Source: Macrostomum lignano (lineage: Eukaryota). From it: DNA of 64,000 nt. A model generated the notes under the pieces. The model saw only the letters and a list, made by a program, of their open reading frames with translations. It had not been told where the DNA came from and made no database searches. Positions 45,655 to 57,487 of this stretch are shown piece after piece. The translations under genes were made by a program, and so were the position numbers. The stretch spans positions 85,474-149,473 of the forward strand of contig NIVC01002690.1 in the NCBI GenBank assembly GCA_002269645.1, given 5' to 3'. Positions within the stretch are counted from its first letter, which is position 1, and every line of letters starts with the position of its first letter.

Positions 45655-46490
45655 TAGACTGTTAAGGGAGACAGAGACTGTTAAGTAGACAGGGAGACTG
45701 TTGAGTAGACAGGGAGACTGTTGAGTAGACAGGGAGACTGTTAAGTAGACACGGAGACTGTTGGGTAGACAGGGAGACTGTTGGTAGACAGGGAGACTGT
45801 TAAGTAGACAGGGAGACTGTTGAGTAGACAGGGAGACTGTTGAGTAGACAGGGAGACTGTTAAGTAGACACGGAGACTGTTGGGTAGACAGGGAGACTGT
45901 TGGGTAGACAGGGAGACTGTTGGGTAGACAGGGAGACTGTTGGGTAGACAGGGAGACTGTTGGGTAGACAGGGAGACTGTTGGGTAGACAGGGAGACTGT
46001 TGGGTAGACAGGGAGACTGTTGGGTAGACAGGGAGACTGTTGGGTAGACAGGGAGACTGTTGGGTAGACACGGAGACTGTTGGGTAGACAGGGAGACTGT
46101 TGGGTAGACAGGGAGACTGTTGGGTAGACAGGGAGACTGTTGGGTAGACAGGGAGACTGTTGGGTAGACAGGGAGACTGTTGGGTAGACAGGGAGACTGT
46201 TGGGTAGACAGGGGACTGTTGGGTAGACAGGGAGACTGTTGGGTAGACAGGGAGACTGTTGGGTAGACAGGGAGACTGTTGGGTAGACAGGGAGACTGTT
46301 GGGTGAACAGGGAGACTGTTGGGTGGACAGGGAGACTGTTGGGTGAACAGGGAGACTGTTGGGTAGACAGGGAGACTGTTGGGTAGACAGGGAGACTGTT
46401 GGGTGAACAGGGAGACTGTTGGGTGGACAGGGAGACTGTTGGGTAGACACGGAGACTGTTGAGTAGACAGGGAGACTGTTAGGTAGATAG
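45655..46490. repeat. 20-bp minisatellite
   Basis: Unit GACAGGGAGACTGTTGGGTA. Confidence 0.96.
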
Positions 46491-46544
46491 AAAGACGATA
46501 GACCCCCGATAGTTGGGTAGACAGGGAAACAGACACAAAATAGC

Positions 46545-47065
46545 AGGGTCACAGACACAGGATAGCAGGGTCACAGACACAGGATAGCTGGGTCACAGAC
46601 ACAGGATAGCAGGGTCACAGACACAGGATAGCAGGGTCACATACACAGGATAGCAGGGTCACAGACACAGGATAGCAGGGTCACAGACACAGGATAGCAG
46701 GGTCACATACACAGGATAGCAGGGTCACAGACACAGGATAGCAGGGTCACAGACACAGGATAGCTGGGTCACAGACACAGGATAGCTGGGTCACAGACAC
46801 AGGATAGCAGGGCCACAGACACAGGATAGCTGGGTCACAGACACAGGATAGCAGGGTCACAGACACAGGATAGCAGGGTCACAGACACAGGATAGCTGGG
46901 TCACAGACACAGGATAGCAGGGTCACAGACACAGGATAGCTGGGTCACAGACACAGGATAGCTGGGTCACAGACACATGATAGCTGGGTCTCAGACACAG
47001 GATAGCTGGGTCACAGACACAGGATAGCAGGTTCACATACACAGGATAGCAGGGTCACAGACACA
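46545..47065. repeat. 22-bp minisatellite
   Basis: Unit CACAGACACAGGATAGCAGGGT. Confidence 0.96.
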
Positions 47066-47182
47066 TTGACAGATAAATGGACAGACAGGATCAGTGAGTG
47101 ACCAGGTACATCAGGTATTTCCCTAATCCCTAATCAGCCAGGCGAATCCCCTGTTCATGCAAGTGCACTCTCAGCGCACTCG

Positions 47183-47602
47183 ATGGCCATCTCCGCCGCA
47201 GCGTCCTGCCTGTTCTCCAGCCTGTTCTCCCTGCTGCTGTTCGCCGGCATGCAGCTGTTCAAGGCCCAGCTAGCCGACAGCAAGCTCGGCACCATTCTTG
47301 GCGGCGGCCTTGGCTCCCTGCTATTCATCCTGCTGCTCACGGCTGTGAATAACTTTGAGAACGCCTTCATTCAGCGCGGATTCCAGTCCCAGCTGTTCCC
47401 AGAGGTGGTTGGCAGCCTCGCACTGGCCTGCATCGCCTCTGGCATGGTGCACCGGGTCTGCATCACCACCTGCTTTATCTTCTCGCTGGTGGCTCTTTAC
47501 TATGTCAACAGCCTGTCGCAGAAGATCTACGCTGCTCCCGTTGAAGCCGCCGCCGCTGCCGCCCTCGCCAGCGCCAATTCCAACAAGAAGAAGCGAAAGT
47601 AG
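47183..47602 (+). CDS. KRTCAP2: Keratinocyte-associated protein 2 (KCP2, oligosaccharyltransferase accessory subunit), single coding exon, 139 aa
   Basis: SLLLFAGMQ, TILGGGLGSLLF, NNFEN..GFQSQLFPEV and SGMVHRVCITTCFIFSL match KRTCAP2. The C-terminus is the lysine-rich, ER-retrieval-like KKKRK. Confidence 0.96.
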   Translation: MAISAAASCLFSSLFSLLLFAGMQLFKAQLADSKLGTILGGGLGSLLFILLLTAVNNFENAFIQRGFQSQLFPEVVGSLALACIASGMVHRVCITTCFIFSLVALYYVNSLSQKIYAAPVEAAAAAALASANSNKKKRK

Positions 47603-47679
47603 ACATTTGACCTTCTTTGTCCGGGTTGACTAGGGGCGTTTGGGTAGTTTATTGGTCTTATCTGGATGGTCTGACAGAT

Positions 47680-49097
47680 GTGTCTTATCTATGGTCTGAC
47701 AGATGTGTCTCATCTATGGTCTGACAGATGTGTCTTATCTATGGTCTGACAGATGTGTCTTATCTATGGTCTGACAGATGTGTCTCATCTATGGTCTGAC
47801 ACATGTGTCTCATCTATGGTCTGACACGTGTCTCATCTATGGTCTGACAGATGTGTCTCATCTATGGTCTGACACGTGTCTCATCTATGGTCTGACAGAT
47901 GTGTCTCATTTATGGTCTGACAGATGTGTCTCATCTATGGTCTGACAGATGTGTCTCATCTATGGTCTGACAGATGTGTCTCATCTATGGTCTGACAGAT
48001 GTGTCTCATATATGGTCTGACAGATGTGTCTCATCTATGGTCTGACACATGTGTCTCATCTATGGTCTGACACGTGTCTCATCTATGGTCTGACAGATGT
48101 GTCTCATCTATGGTCTGACACATGTGTCTCATCTATGGTCTGACACGTGTCTCATCTATGGTCTGACAGATGTGTCTCATCTATGGTCTGACAGATGTGT
48201 CTCATCTATGGTCTGACAGATGTGTCTCATCTATGGTCTGACACGTGTCTCATCTATGGTCTGACAGATGTGTCTCATCTATGGTCTGACACATGTGTCT
48301 CATCTATGGTCTGACACGTGTCTCATCTATGGTCTGACAGAAGTGTCTCATCTATGGTCTGACAGATGTGTCTCATCTATGGTCTGACACGTGTCTCATC
48401 TATGGTCTGACAGATGTGTCTCATCTATGGTCTGACAGAAGTGTCTCATCTATGGTCTGACAGATGTGTCTCATCTATGGTCTGACAGAAGTGTCTCATC
48501 TATGGTCTGACAGATGTGTCTCATCTATGGTCTGACACGTGTCTCATCTATGGTCTGACAGATGTGTCTCATCTATGGTCTGACAGAAGTGTCTCATCTA
48601 TGGTCTGACAGATGTGTCTCATCTATGGTCTGACAGATGTGTCTCATCTATGGTCTGACACGTGTCTCATCTATGGTCTGACAGATGTGTCTCATCTATG
48701 GTCTGACACGTGTCTCATCTATGGTCTGACAGATGTGTCTCATCTATGGTCTGACAGAAGTGTCTCATCTATGGTCTGACAGAAGTGTCTCATCTATGGT
48801 CTGACAGATGTGTCTCATCTATGGTCTGACACGTGTCTCATCTATGGTCTGACACGTGTCTCATCTATGGTCTGACACGTGTCTCATCTATGGTCTGACA
48901 CGTGTCTCATCTATGGTCTGACACGTGTCTCATCTATGGTCTGACACGTGTCTCATCTATGGTCTGACACGTGTCTCATCTATGGTCTGACACGTGTCTC
49001 ATCTATGGTCTGACACGTGTCTCATCTATGGTCTGACACGTGTCTCATCTATGGTCTGACACGTGTCTCATCTATGGTCTGACAGATGTGTCTCATT
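47680..49097. repeat. 25/23-bp minisatellite downstream of KRTCAP2
   Basis: Units TCTATGGTCTGACAGATGTGTCTCA and TCTATGGTCTGACACGTGTCTCA. Confidence 0.96.
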
Positions 49098-49986
49098 TGT
49101 AGCATTATTATCCTCTATAGATATGTCTGATCCGGATACAGAGTTCAGCTATTGTACAACAGTTAAGAGAATTCTCATACGAGTTCTGTCTATGAGTTTG
49201 GAAATTACTCTGATCTATATATGAATCAAATTAGGCGTTCAACATTATTAATTATCGCCGTTTTGCTTTATTATCACTAATCCCATTTCTTTATTTATAA
49301 AATTAGAATTCTTTATTCCTGAACAAATTGGCTAATGTTTTATCACTTCTAGCGTTTTCTACAGCATGTTATTCTCTGTTCTGTAGCAAAATGTAACAAA
49401 AACTTGGTTGGTCACATGTTTATTTAATAAGTAGCAATGAATTAGCTAGTAATTAGTTAGGTTTGGCTAAAAATATTTGCCATAATTTCCTTGTCCAATC
49501 GCAATATCAAATTTGATTTCTTTTTGCCTTTTATGTTGAAAATTCTCATCAATATTTGTCTTCTCAGACTACTCAGTTATTAGTAGTCTAAAATGGGATA
49601 TTTTCAAACGAAAGAAACAAATTATAAATTTGAATCGATGAATGCCAAAACGTGCCAATTCTAATGCCGGTTGCCTCACCCTTGCTTGGCGTGAGCCTTG
49701 GTTTCGGTTGACTCGCGCTGAATTTTTTTATCTGGCTGGCTTGAGACCGAGTTTCCTCATCTGGTGTCGGGTGTGCCTAATTTATTATTTGTCATTTCTG
49801 CTCTACTCTTGTCAAGTTTTGTCTGCTATGATACCATTAGCTAGTTTTTGTGTGTCTGTCGGTTCATTTTATTTGGCTAGCTATCGTATAACTAAATATA
49901 AAGCATTCTAGGATTTGCAAAAAAATCGTTTTAATTCTTCTATTTTGTAAGCGATAAATACTTCTAGTCAGGCTTGCCAACCACTC

Positions 49987-50622
49987 TCCCAGATCCTCAG
50001 ACTGAGCAGCCAGCCTCCCAGATCCTCAGACTGAGCAGCCAGCCTCCCAGATCCTCAGACTGAGCAGCCAGCCTCCCAGATCCTCAGACTGAGCAGCCAG
50101 CCTCCCAGATCCTCAGACTGAGCAGCCAGCCTCCCAGATCCTCAGACTGAGCAGCCAGCCTCCCAGATCCTCAGACTGAGCAGCCAGCCTCCCAGATCCT
50201 CAGACTGAGCAGCCAGCCTCCCAGATCCTCAGACTGAGCAGCCAGCCTCCCAGATCCTCAGACTGAGCAGCCAGCTTCCCAGATCCTCAGTTGCTGTGCC
50301 AGCCTCCAAATCCTCAGTTGCTGAGCCAGCCTCCCAGATCCTCAGTTGCTGAGCCAGCCTCCCAGAGTGTCAGTTGCTGTGCCAGCCTCCCAGATCCTCA
50401 GTTGCTGGGCCAGCCTTCCAGATCCTCAGTTGCTGGGCCAGCCTCCCAGATCCTCAGTTGCTGGACCAGCCTCCCAGATCCTCAGTTGCTGAGCCAGCCT
50501 CCCAAATCCTCAGTTGCTGTGCCAGCCTCCCAAATCCTCAGTTGCTGGGCCAGCCTTCCAGATCCTCAGTTGCTGGGCCAGACTTCCAGATCCTCAGTTG
50601 CTGGGCCAGCCTTCCAGATCCT
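49987..50622. repeat. 29-bp then 28-bp minisatellite immediately upstream of PCCB
   Basis: CCTCAGACTGAGCAGCCAGCCTCCCAGAT (~10 copies) grades into CCTCAGTTGCTGGGCCAGCCTCCCAGAT. Confidence 0.95.
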
Positions 50623-50710
50623 GTCCTCCCTCCCCGCCGCTCTGAGCCCTACAAAACTGCATGCAGCGCACAGCCAACGCGTAGAGTTTCCAACGCCCAT
50701 TTATGCCAAA

Positions 50711-53700
50711 ATGCTTCGGTCCGGCATTCGTGGCCTGCTGTCCTTGCCCGGCTCCGCCCTGCCCGGCGCCCTGTCGCTGCGCACCACCTACTCGGCGGCG
50801 CTGACCCTGCGAGTGCGCGAAAAGATCGCGGATACCCGTCGCCGATCGCAAGAGGGCGGCGGCGCCAAGCGAATCGACGCCCAGCACCAGAAGGGCAAGC
50901 TGACCGCCCGGGAGCGAATCGAGCTTCTCATGGACCCTGGCAGCTTTCGCGAATACGACGCCTTCGTTGAGCACGACTGCATCGACTTCGGCATGGAAAA
51001 GTCCAAGACCCCGGCCGACAGCGTGGTGACGGGGCACGGCCTCATCCACGGCCGGCCGGCGTTCGTGTTCAGCCAGGACTTCACCGTCTACGGTGGCAGC
51101 CTCTCACTGGCCCACGCCAAGAAGATTTGCAAGGTCTGCTCGCTGAAAAGTTTTCTTCCGGCATCTTTGTTACATTTTATTTGTGACGTCATTATTCATT
51201 ATGACGTCATTTTTATCTTGGGTTACGTAATCCACCCGTGCAAGCTAAATGGCGTCAAATTTAGAGATTCTTTGTCGAAGTGTCGGACTGTGAATAATTT
51301 TCAGAGAACTATTTCTTTTAGTTAAATCAGGGGTGGGAAAACTCCAACCTGTGGGCCATATGCGGCGCTATATCCGGCACTCAGGTCCTTGGACACTTTA
51401 GACTGGCAATCCGCTCTTCTCAGTTATCTCCTCTCCCCTCCTCCCTCTCCTCTTCTCTCCTCTCATCCCATGTAAACTCTCTTATCTTATCTCCTCTTCT
51501 CTCCCCCCCTATTTCCCCCCCCCCTATCTCGTATCTTTGATGACGTCATTGTAGTTCTTCTATCTATGACATCATCTTTGGCATGTTTTTTGTTGGATGA
51601 AGTCATCGTCGTCTAGTTATGACGTCATCGTGTCTACTAAGTCTCCCCCCATCGCCCCATAGGTGATGGACCAGGCCATGGTGGTCGGCGCCCCGGTCAT
51701 CGGCCTCAACGACAGCGGCGGCGCCCGCATCCAGGAGGGCGTGGCCAGCCTGGCCGGCTATGCCGACATCTTCGAGCGCAACGTGCTGGCCTCCGGCGTG
51801 GTGCCGCAGATCTCCATGATCATGGGACCCTGCGCCGGCGGCGCCGTGTACTCCCCTGCCCTCACCGACTTCATCTTCATGGTGGAGCAGTCCTCCTACC
51901 TGTTCATCACCGGCCCCGATGTGGTCAAGACTGTTACTGGTGAGCCCTGCTGCCCAGCGCCTTCGCCCGGCTCTCTGACTCTCCGTCTGACTCTGACTTC
52001 TCTCTTGCTGACTCTCTGACTCTGATATCCCTCTGTCTGACCCTCAGACTCGGACATCCTCAACCTGACTCTCTGACATCCTTCTACCCGACTCTCTGAC
52101 ATCCCTCTACCTGACTCTCTGACATCCCTCTACCTGACTCTCTGACATCCCTCTACCTGATTCTCTGACATCCCTCTACCTGACTCTGACATCCCTCTAC
52201 CTGACTCTGACATCCCTCTACCCGACTCTCTGACATCCCTCTATCTGACTCGAACATCCCTCTGACTCTGACATCCCTCTACCTGACTCTGACATCCCTC
52301 TACCTGACTCTGACATCCCTCTACCTGACTCTGACATCTCTCTATCTGACTCTCTAACATTCTCTAACTGACTCTGACATTCTCCATCTGACTCTCTAAC
52401 ATTCTCTATCTGACTCTGACATTCTCTATCTGACTCTCTGACATCCTCTATCTGACTCTCTGACATTCTCTATCTGACTCTCTAACATTTAATCTGCTCG
52501 CAGCAATCTTCACAGTTTATTTATCACAAACTCTGGGCCTTATGGTTTGCGTCTCCACCTCACCGTCGCTTCCTTCCCGCCGCACCCAGGCGAGAATGTC
52601 ACCCAGGAGGAGCTGGGCGGCTCCAAGACCCACACCGTCACCTCGGGCGTGGCGCATCGCGCCTTCGAGAACGACGTCGACGCTCTGGCTACCCTGCGCG
52701 AGCTGTACACCTTCTTGCCGCTGTCCAATCGCGACAGGGCCCCCATCCGCGAGTGTCAGGTGAGTCCGTTCTCGGAGTTCTCAACCTCTTGATCAATTTT
52801 CTAGCAGTTTTACACAGTTGTTGACTCGCTGACCCAGTTGTTGGGTCCCCCTGACACAGTTGTTGACTCGCTGACCCAGTTGTTAAGTCCCTGACCCAGT
52901 TGTTGACTCGCTGACCCAGTTTTCGAGTCCCTGACCCAGTTGTTGACTCGCTGACTCACTGTTTACTCACTGACCCAGTTGTTAAGTCCCTGACCCAGTT
53001 GTTGACTCGCTGACCCAGTTGTTGAGTCCCTGACCCAGTTGTTGACTCGCTGACCCAGTTGTTGAGTTCCTGACCCAGTTGTTTACTCGCTGACCCAGTT
53101 GTTGAGTTCCTGACTCAGTTGTTGACTCGCTGACCCAGTTGTTGAGTTCCTGACCCAGTTGTTGACTCGCTGACCTAGTTGTTGAGTCCCTGACCCTGTT
53201 GTTGACTCGCTGACCCAGTTGTTGAGTTCCTGACCCAGTTGTTGACTCGCTGACCCAGTTGTTGAGTCCCTGACCCAGTTGTTGACTCGCTGACTCACTC
53301 TCACTGTTTACTCACTGACCCAGTCGTTGACTCGCTGACCCAGTTGTTGACTCGCTGACCCAGTTGTTGAGTTCCTGACCCAGTTGTTGACTCGCTGACC
53401 TAGTTGTTGAGTCCCTGACCCAGTTGTTGACTTGCTGACCTAGTTGTTGACTCGCTGACGCGCTGATAAATAATAAATAATAAATATTATAATAATAAAA
53501 TAAATATAAATATTTTTATATTAAAACAACATTTAAACTTGTAGGGTATGGTAAGTGCTTGCAGTTCAAAATTCGCAATTCAAATCCTTTGTGGGAGGAG
53601 CAGACAGCTGATTTTATTTAAATCCACGTATATTAAAATAAATAAATAATGTAATAATTATGATTCGTACTGTGTGTGGGTACATATTTGCAATTTGATT

Positions 53701-55466
53701 CGCAAAAATTGCCCTTGACAAATGCATTGGCTTGTCTTAATTGACCTATCCCCTGATTCATTGACCCACTCACTTGCTCATTTATTGACCCAACCACTGA
53801 TTCATTGACCCACCCACTGATTCATTCACCCACCCACTGATTCATTGACCCACCGGCACCCACTGATTCATTCACCCACCCACTGATTCATTGACCCACC
53901 CACTGATTCATTGACCCACCGGCCACTCCCTGATTCATTGACCCACCGGGCACTCCCTGATTTTCATTGACCCACCGGCCACTCCCTAATTCATTGACCC
54001 ACCGGCCACTCCCTGATTTTCATTGACCCACCGGCCACTCCCTGATTTTCATTGACCCACCGGCCACTCCCTGATTTTCATTGACCCACCGGCCACTCCC
54101 TGATTCATTGACCCACCGGCCACTCCCTGATTCATTGACCCACCGGCACCCCTTGATTCATAGACCCACCGGCCACCCCCTGACTCATTGACCCACACGT
54201 TGACCCGCAGGACTCGCCAGACCGCGTGGTGCCGGCCCTGGACACGGTGGTGCCCCTGGAGACGACCAGCGCCTACGACATGCTCGACGTGATTCGCGGC
54301 ATCGTTGATGAAGAGGAGTTCTTTGAAATCATGCCCAAGCACGCCAAGAACATCGTGATCGGCTTCGGCCGGATGCACGGCCAGACGGTTGGTTTCCTTG
54401 GTAACCAGCCCAAGGTGGCCGCCGGCTGCCTGGACATCAACGCGTCCGTTAAGGGCGCCCGGTTTGTCCGCTTCTGCGACGCCTTCAACATCCCGCTGGT
54501 GACGCTGGTTGACGTGCCCGGCTTCCTGCCCGGCACCCAGCAGGAGTTCAATGGCATCATCAAGCACGGCGCCAAGCTGATCTACGCCTACGCCGAGGCC
54601 ACCGTGCCGAAAATTACCGTCATCACGCGCAAGGCCTACGGCGGCGCCTACTGCGTTATGAGCTCCAAGTGAGTTTTGCACGCCTGCTTTTAGTGTATGT
54701 GACTAGCAGACAAGCCCTCCTTTGGGGTTTCTGACGCTTACTCTAGCCTAGTGGTTAGAGCGTTGGACTCACAACTGAGTGGTCGGGGGTTCGATTCTCG
54801 ACCCAGTCGGAACAATTTGTGTCCTCAAGCAAGACACTTAACTCTGCATTACGTCAGTTCACCCAGCTGTAAAATGGGTACCAGCTTTAGCTGGGGTAAT
54901 TCAGGGTGTGTGGCGACCCCCCCCCCAGTCCTTGAATTATATTAATTTATGAAAAAAATCCAATCAGCTTGGTATATTTTTGATACACATCGGCAATAGA
55001 GCCCTCAAAAAGTGTCAATCATCTAGCTATATGCCGTACTGCAAAGTGTTTTTTAGATACATATCGAACATCTTTGCCTAGAGTCTGAAAAAAGGCTTGT
55101 AACATTACAGTATCAAAATCATCTCTCTGTGAAGTATGTTTTCGATACATATCGTCGCAAACTAAACTACGTCTACGTTTCAGGCACCTCCGCGGCGACG
55201 TGAACTACGCCTGGCCAAGCGCCGAAATCGCCGTGATGGGCGCCCAGGGTGCCGTTAAAATCATCTTCCGCGGCAAGGACCAGGCTCAGGCCGAGACTGA
55301 CTACGTTGACAAGTTCGCCAACCCGTTCCCGGCCGCTGTCCGCGGCTACGTTGACGATATTGTGCAGCCGCGCTTCACTCGCCAGCTGATCTGCCGCGAC
55401 CTGGAGCTGCTGCGCACCAAATCCCAGACCAACCCGTGGCGCAAGCATGGCAACATGCCGCTGTGA
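50711..55466 (+). CDS. PCCB: Propionyl-CoA carboxylase beta chain, mitochondrial (536 aa). Exons: 50711-51133, 51663-51939, 52590-52759, 54211-54668, 55184-55466.
   Basis: Presequence-like [12 protein letters not shown]. Motifs [89 protein letters not shown] and [10 protein letters not shown] are present. The frame is intact across all GT-AG introns. Confidence 0.98.
51970..52495. repeat. 19/21-bp minisatellite in PCCB intron 2
   Basis: Unit CTCTGACATCCCTCTACCTGA. Confidence 0.93.
52820..53458. repeat. 20-bp minisatellite with alternating units in PCCB intron 3
   Basis: GACCCAGTTGTTGACTCGCT alternates with GACCCAGTTGTTGAGT(C/T)CCT. Confidence 0.95.
53745..54200. repeat. ~20-30-bp minisatellite at the 3' end of PCCB intron 3
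   Basis: Unit CTGATTCATTGACCCACCGGCCACTCC and shorter variants. Confidence 0.9.
54740..54915 (+). mobile_element. tRNA-derived CORE-type SINE in PCCB intron 4
   Basis: Box A TAGCCTAGTGG (54744-54754) and box B GGTTCGATTCT (54788-54798). These are followed by GTGTCCTCAAGCAAGACACTTAAC...CTGTAAAATGGG, which resembles the MIR CORE domain (GTGACCTTGGGCAAGTCACTTAAC...CTGTAAAATGGG). Confidence 0.8.
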
Positions 55467-56952
55467 TGAGGAATGGACTCCGACCGTCTGCTATGATGCA
55501 GCTTGCGTTAAACTACTGACAGTAGCGTGTTCTCCCCGTAGGCTCTCTATATACGAGTACGAGTAGATAGTTTTTTATTGAGTAATAGTTATTGTCATAT
55601 TTGCACCGCATACTACTGATCCACTTTTTGACATTTTCTAATCCAAATTAAAAGATAATACTCGTTCGCTTTTTATATTACTTTTATTAGATAAAGTTGA
55701 TCAGCAGTATAATATAATTAGTTTGGCATTATAAATTAGCAGCTCCTATCTCTGGCTTCAAAGCCCAATAGCTACAGTTATAGATGTTGTGACGAAGATC
55801 TACTTATTATATCTTGCCATTTTTTGTTCGCTAGCAGCTCAACTTTGAGCACTAAAATAATTGTCAATGCTCCCAGACAGACAACTGACTGTCTCTGACT
55901 CTGTGTGGCTCAGTTCGGACCCCTTCTCTCCCCAATGTGTTTTTGTCTTTGTTCGTTTGCTTTCAGTAGACATCTGTGCAGTCTGTGGCCTAGCTCACTG
56001 CTCTAGACAATATTTATATTTGCAATGGATGGAAAATTCGTTAAACAGAAACACACTGCAACAAAGATCGCAAAGTCTTTGTCCTACTTCTAAAGAATCT
56101 GAATCCTACAGAAAAATACACGACCGCTCCGCATCGTTTCCAATTAGCTGTGTTGTTTTCAAGCTTAGAAGCATTAGTAAAAAAAATATTCAGTATCGGT
56201 CCGTTAGTTTTTTATTTTAAAGGCCCACTAAAAAAGCTTTTAACTATAATCCGTGTGCTTAAAAGCGCTGCATGTCTCAGAGCCGGCAACTTTTCTACAC
56301 CAATAGCAGCAATGCAAAGTCAGTATAAGCTCGATATAGCGTTGATGAGTCCGGGAGGCCGTGGACCCAGTGACCCCGGCAAATATCTGCACTGTGTCCA
56401 GCATGGCTGAGAGGCTGATGAGCGAGTGACCTACCAGTAGATTTAGTAGCTGAAGGCGGGAGTTGGATCCGGCAGGTGCATGCCATGCCATCTTGCAAGA
56501 ACAGCGAAAGCTGGACACCCGAGTATCTTGGTGCCGAACCATGCTGGTAAAATTTGCCTATGGCAGCGACCGAGGGATCTGGCTGGGAAATCCTCGCTGG
56601 TGATCAAGCATTGATCTACAGTATAGAAGTACGATCCGAAGAACGAGCGCCAGTCGATCAGCCGTTTGTACTTTTCGGACGAAACGACGAACGAATAATG
56701 CTTATAATATTATTTATTACTATAGTTAACAATTTTGTAAATAAAACCTTAGAGAATCATAAATAAATGATACGTATCAGGGACGTTCCTGAAAGCAAAA
56801 AAATTACGTATCGGATAGGTAATTTTGCTGCTCTGGCATAACTATATATTACATGAATGTGTGCAGTTACGTGCAGAACTTCGAACCAAGGACGACTTTA
56901 ATAGAAGGCGGGAAACTCCATTTCTTAGAAAATTTTAGAAGGCAGGTTTTCC

Positions 56953-57487
56953 CGAAAATATACACTACGGAGATCGAAGTTTTCATTTTTTCAGTACAAA
57001 AGTACTATTGCTTTTAATAGGATCGAGTGTTCATCTTTTGATATTTTGTGCCTTTCTTATTGCTCTATATATTCATAAAGCTTTTTATTCAATGAATTAG
57101 GATTCTACGTGAATTTTTTATTCTACGTACATTTTCCGTAACTAAAAATCATTAAAATGCATGGCACAGCTTGAATCTTTGGTTTTATAAATCTATTTTA
57201 TCATTCTTAGCTGACTGTATAACAAATATTTGTACCAGATGTGATAAAATAGATTCATAAAACCACAGATTCGAGATGTGCCATGCATTTTAATGATTTT
57301 TAGTTACGGGAAATGTACGTAGAATAAAAAATTCACATAGAATCCTAATTCATTGAATAAAAAGCTTTATGAATATATCAATAGAGCAATAAGAAAGGCA
57401 CAAAATATCAAAAGATGACACTGGATCCGCAATACGATTTTTGTGCTGAAAAAATGTAAACTTCCGATCTCCGTATTGTATTTTTCG
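56953..57487. mobile_element. Foldback/MITE-like element with ~250-bp inverted arms and a 38-bp spacer
   Basis: About 57027-57203 is a near-perfect reverse complement of 57242-57421. Looser pairing extends out to 56953/57487. No TSD was identified. Confidence 0.85.

Noticed and set aside
50291-50710. N-terminal extension of PCCB implied by the 344-aa ORF
   Set aside because: The extension is translated minisatellite. The ATG at 50711 begins a typical mitochondrial presequence and gives a normal 536-aa length.
54740-54810. tRNA gene
   Set aside because: It has A and B boxes but no closing acceptor stem or terminator, and it continues into a SINE CORE domain.
56150-56770. Moderately GC-rich stretch with several short ORFs
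   Set aside because: No recognisable domain or consistent exon structure was found on either strand.
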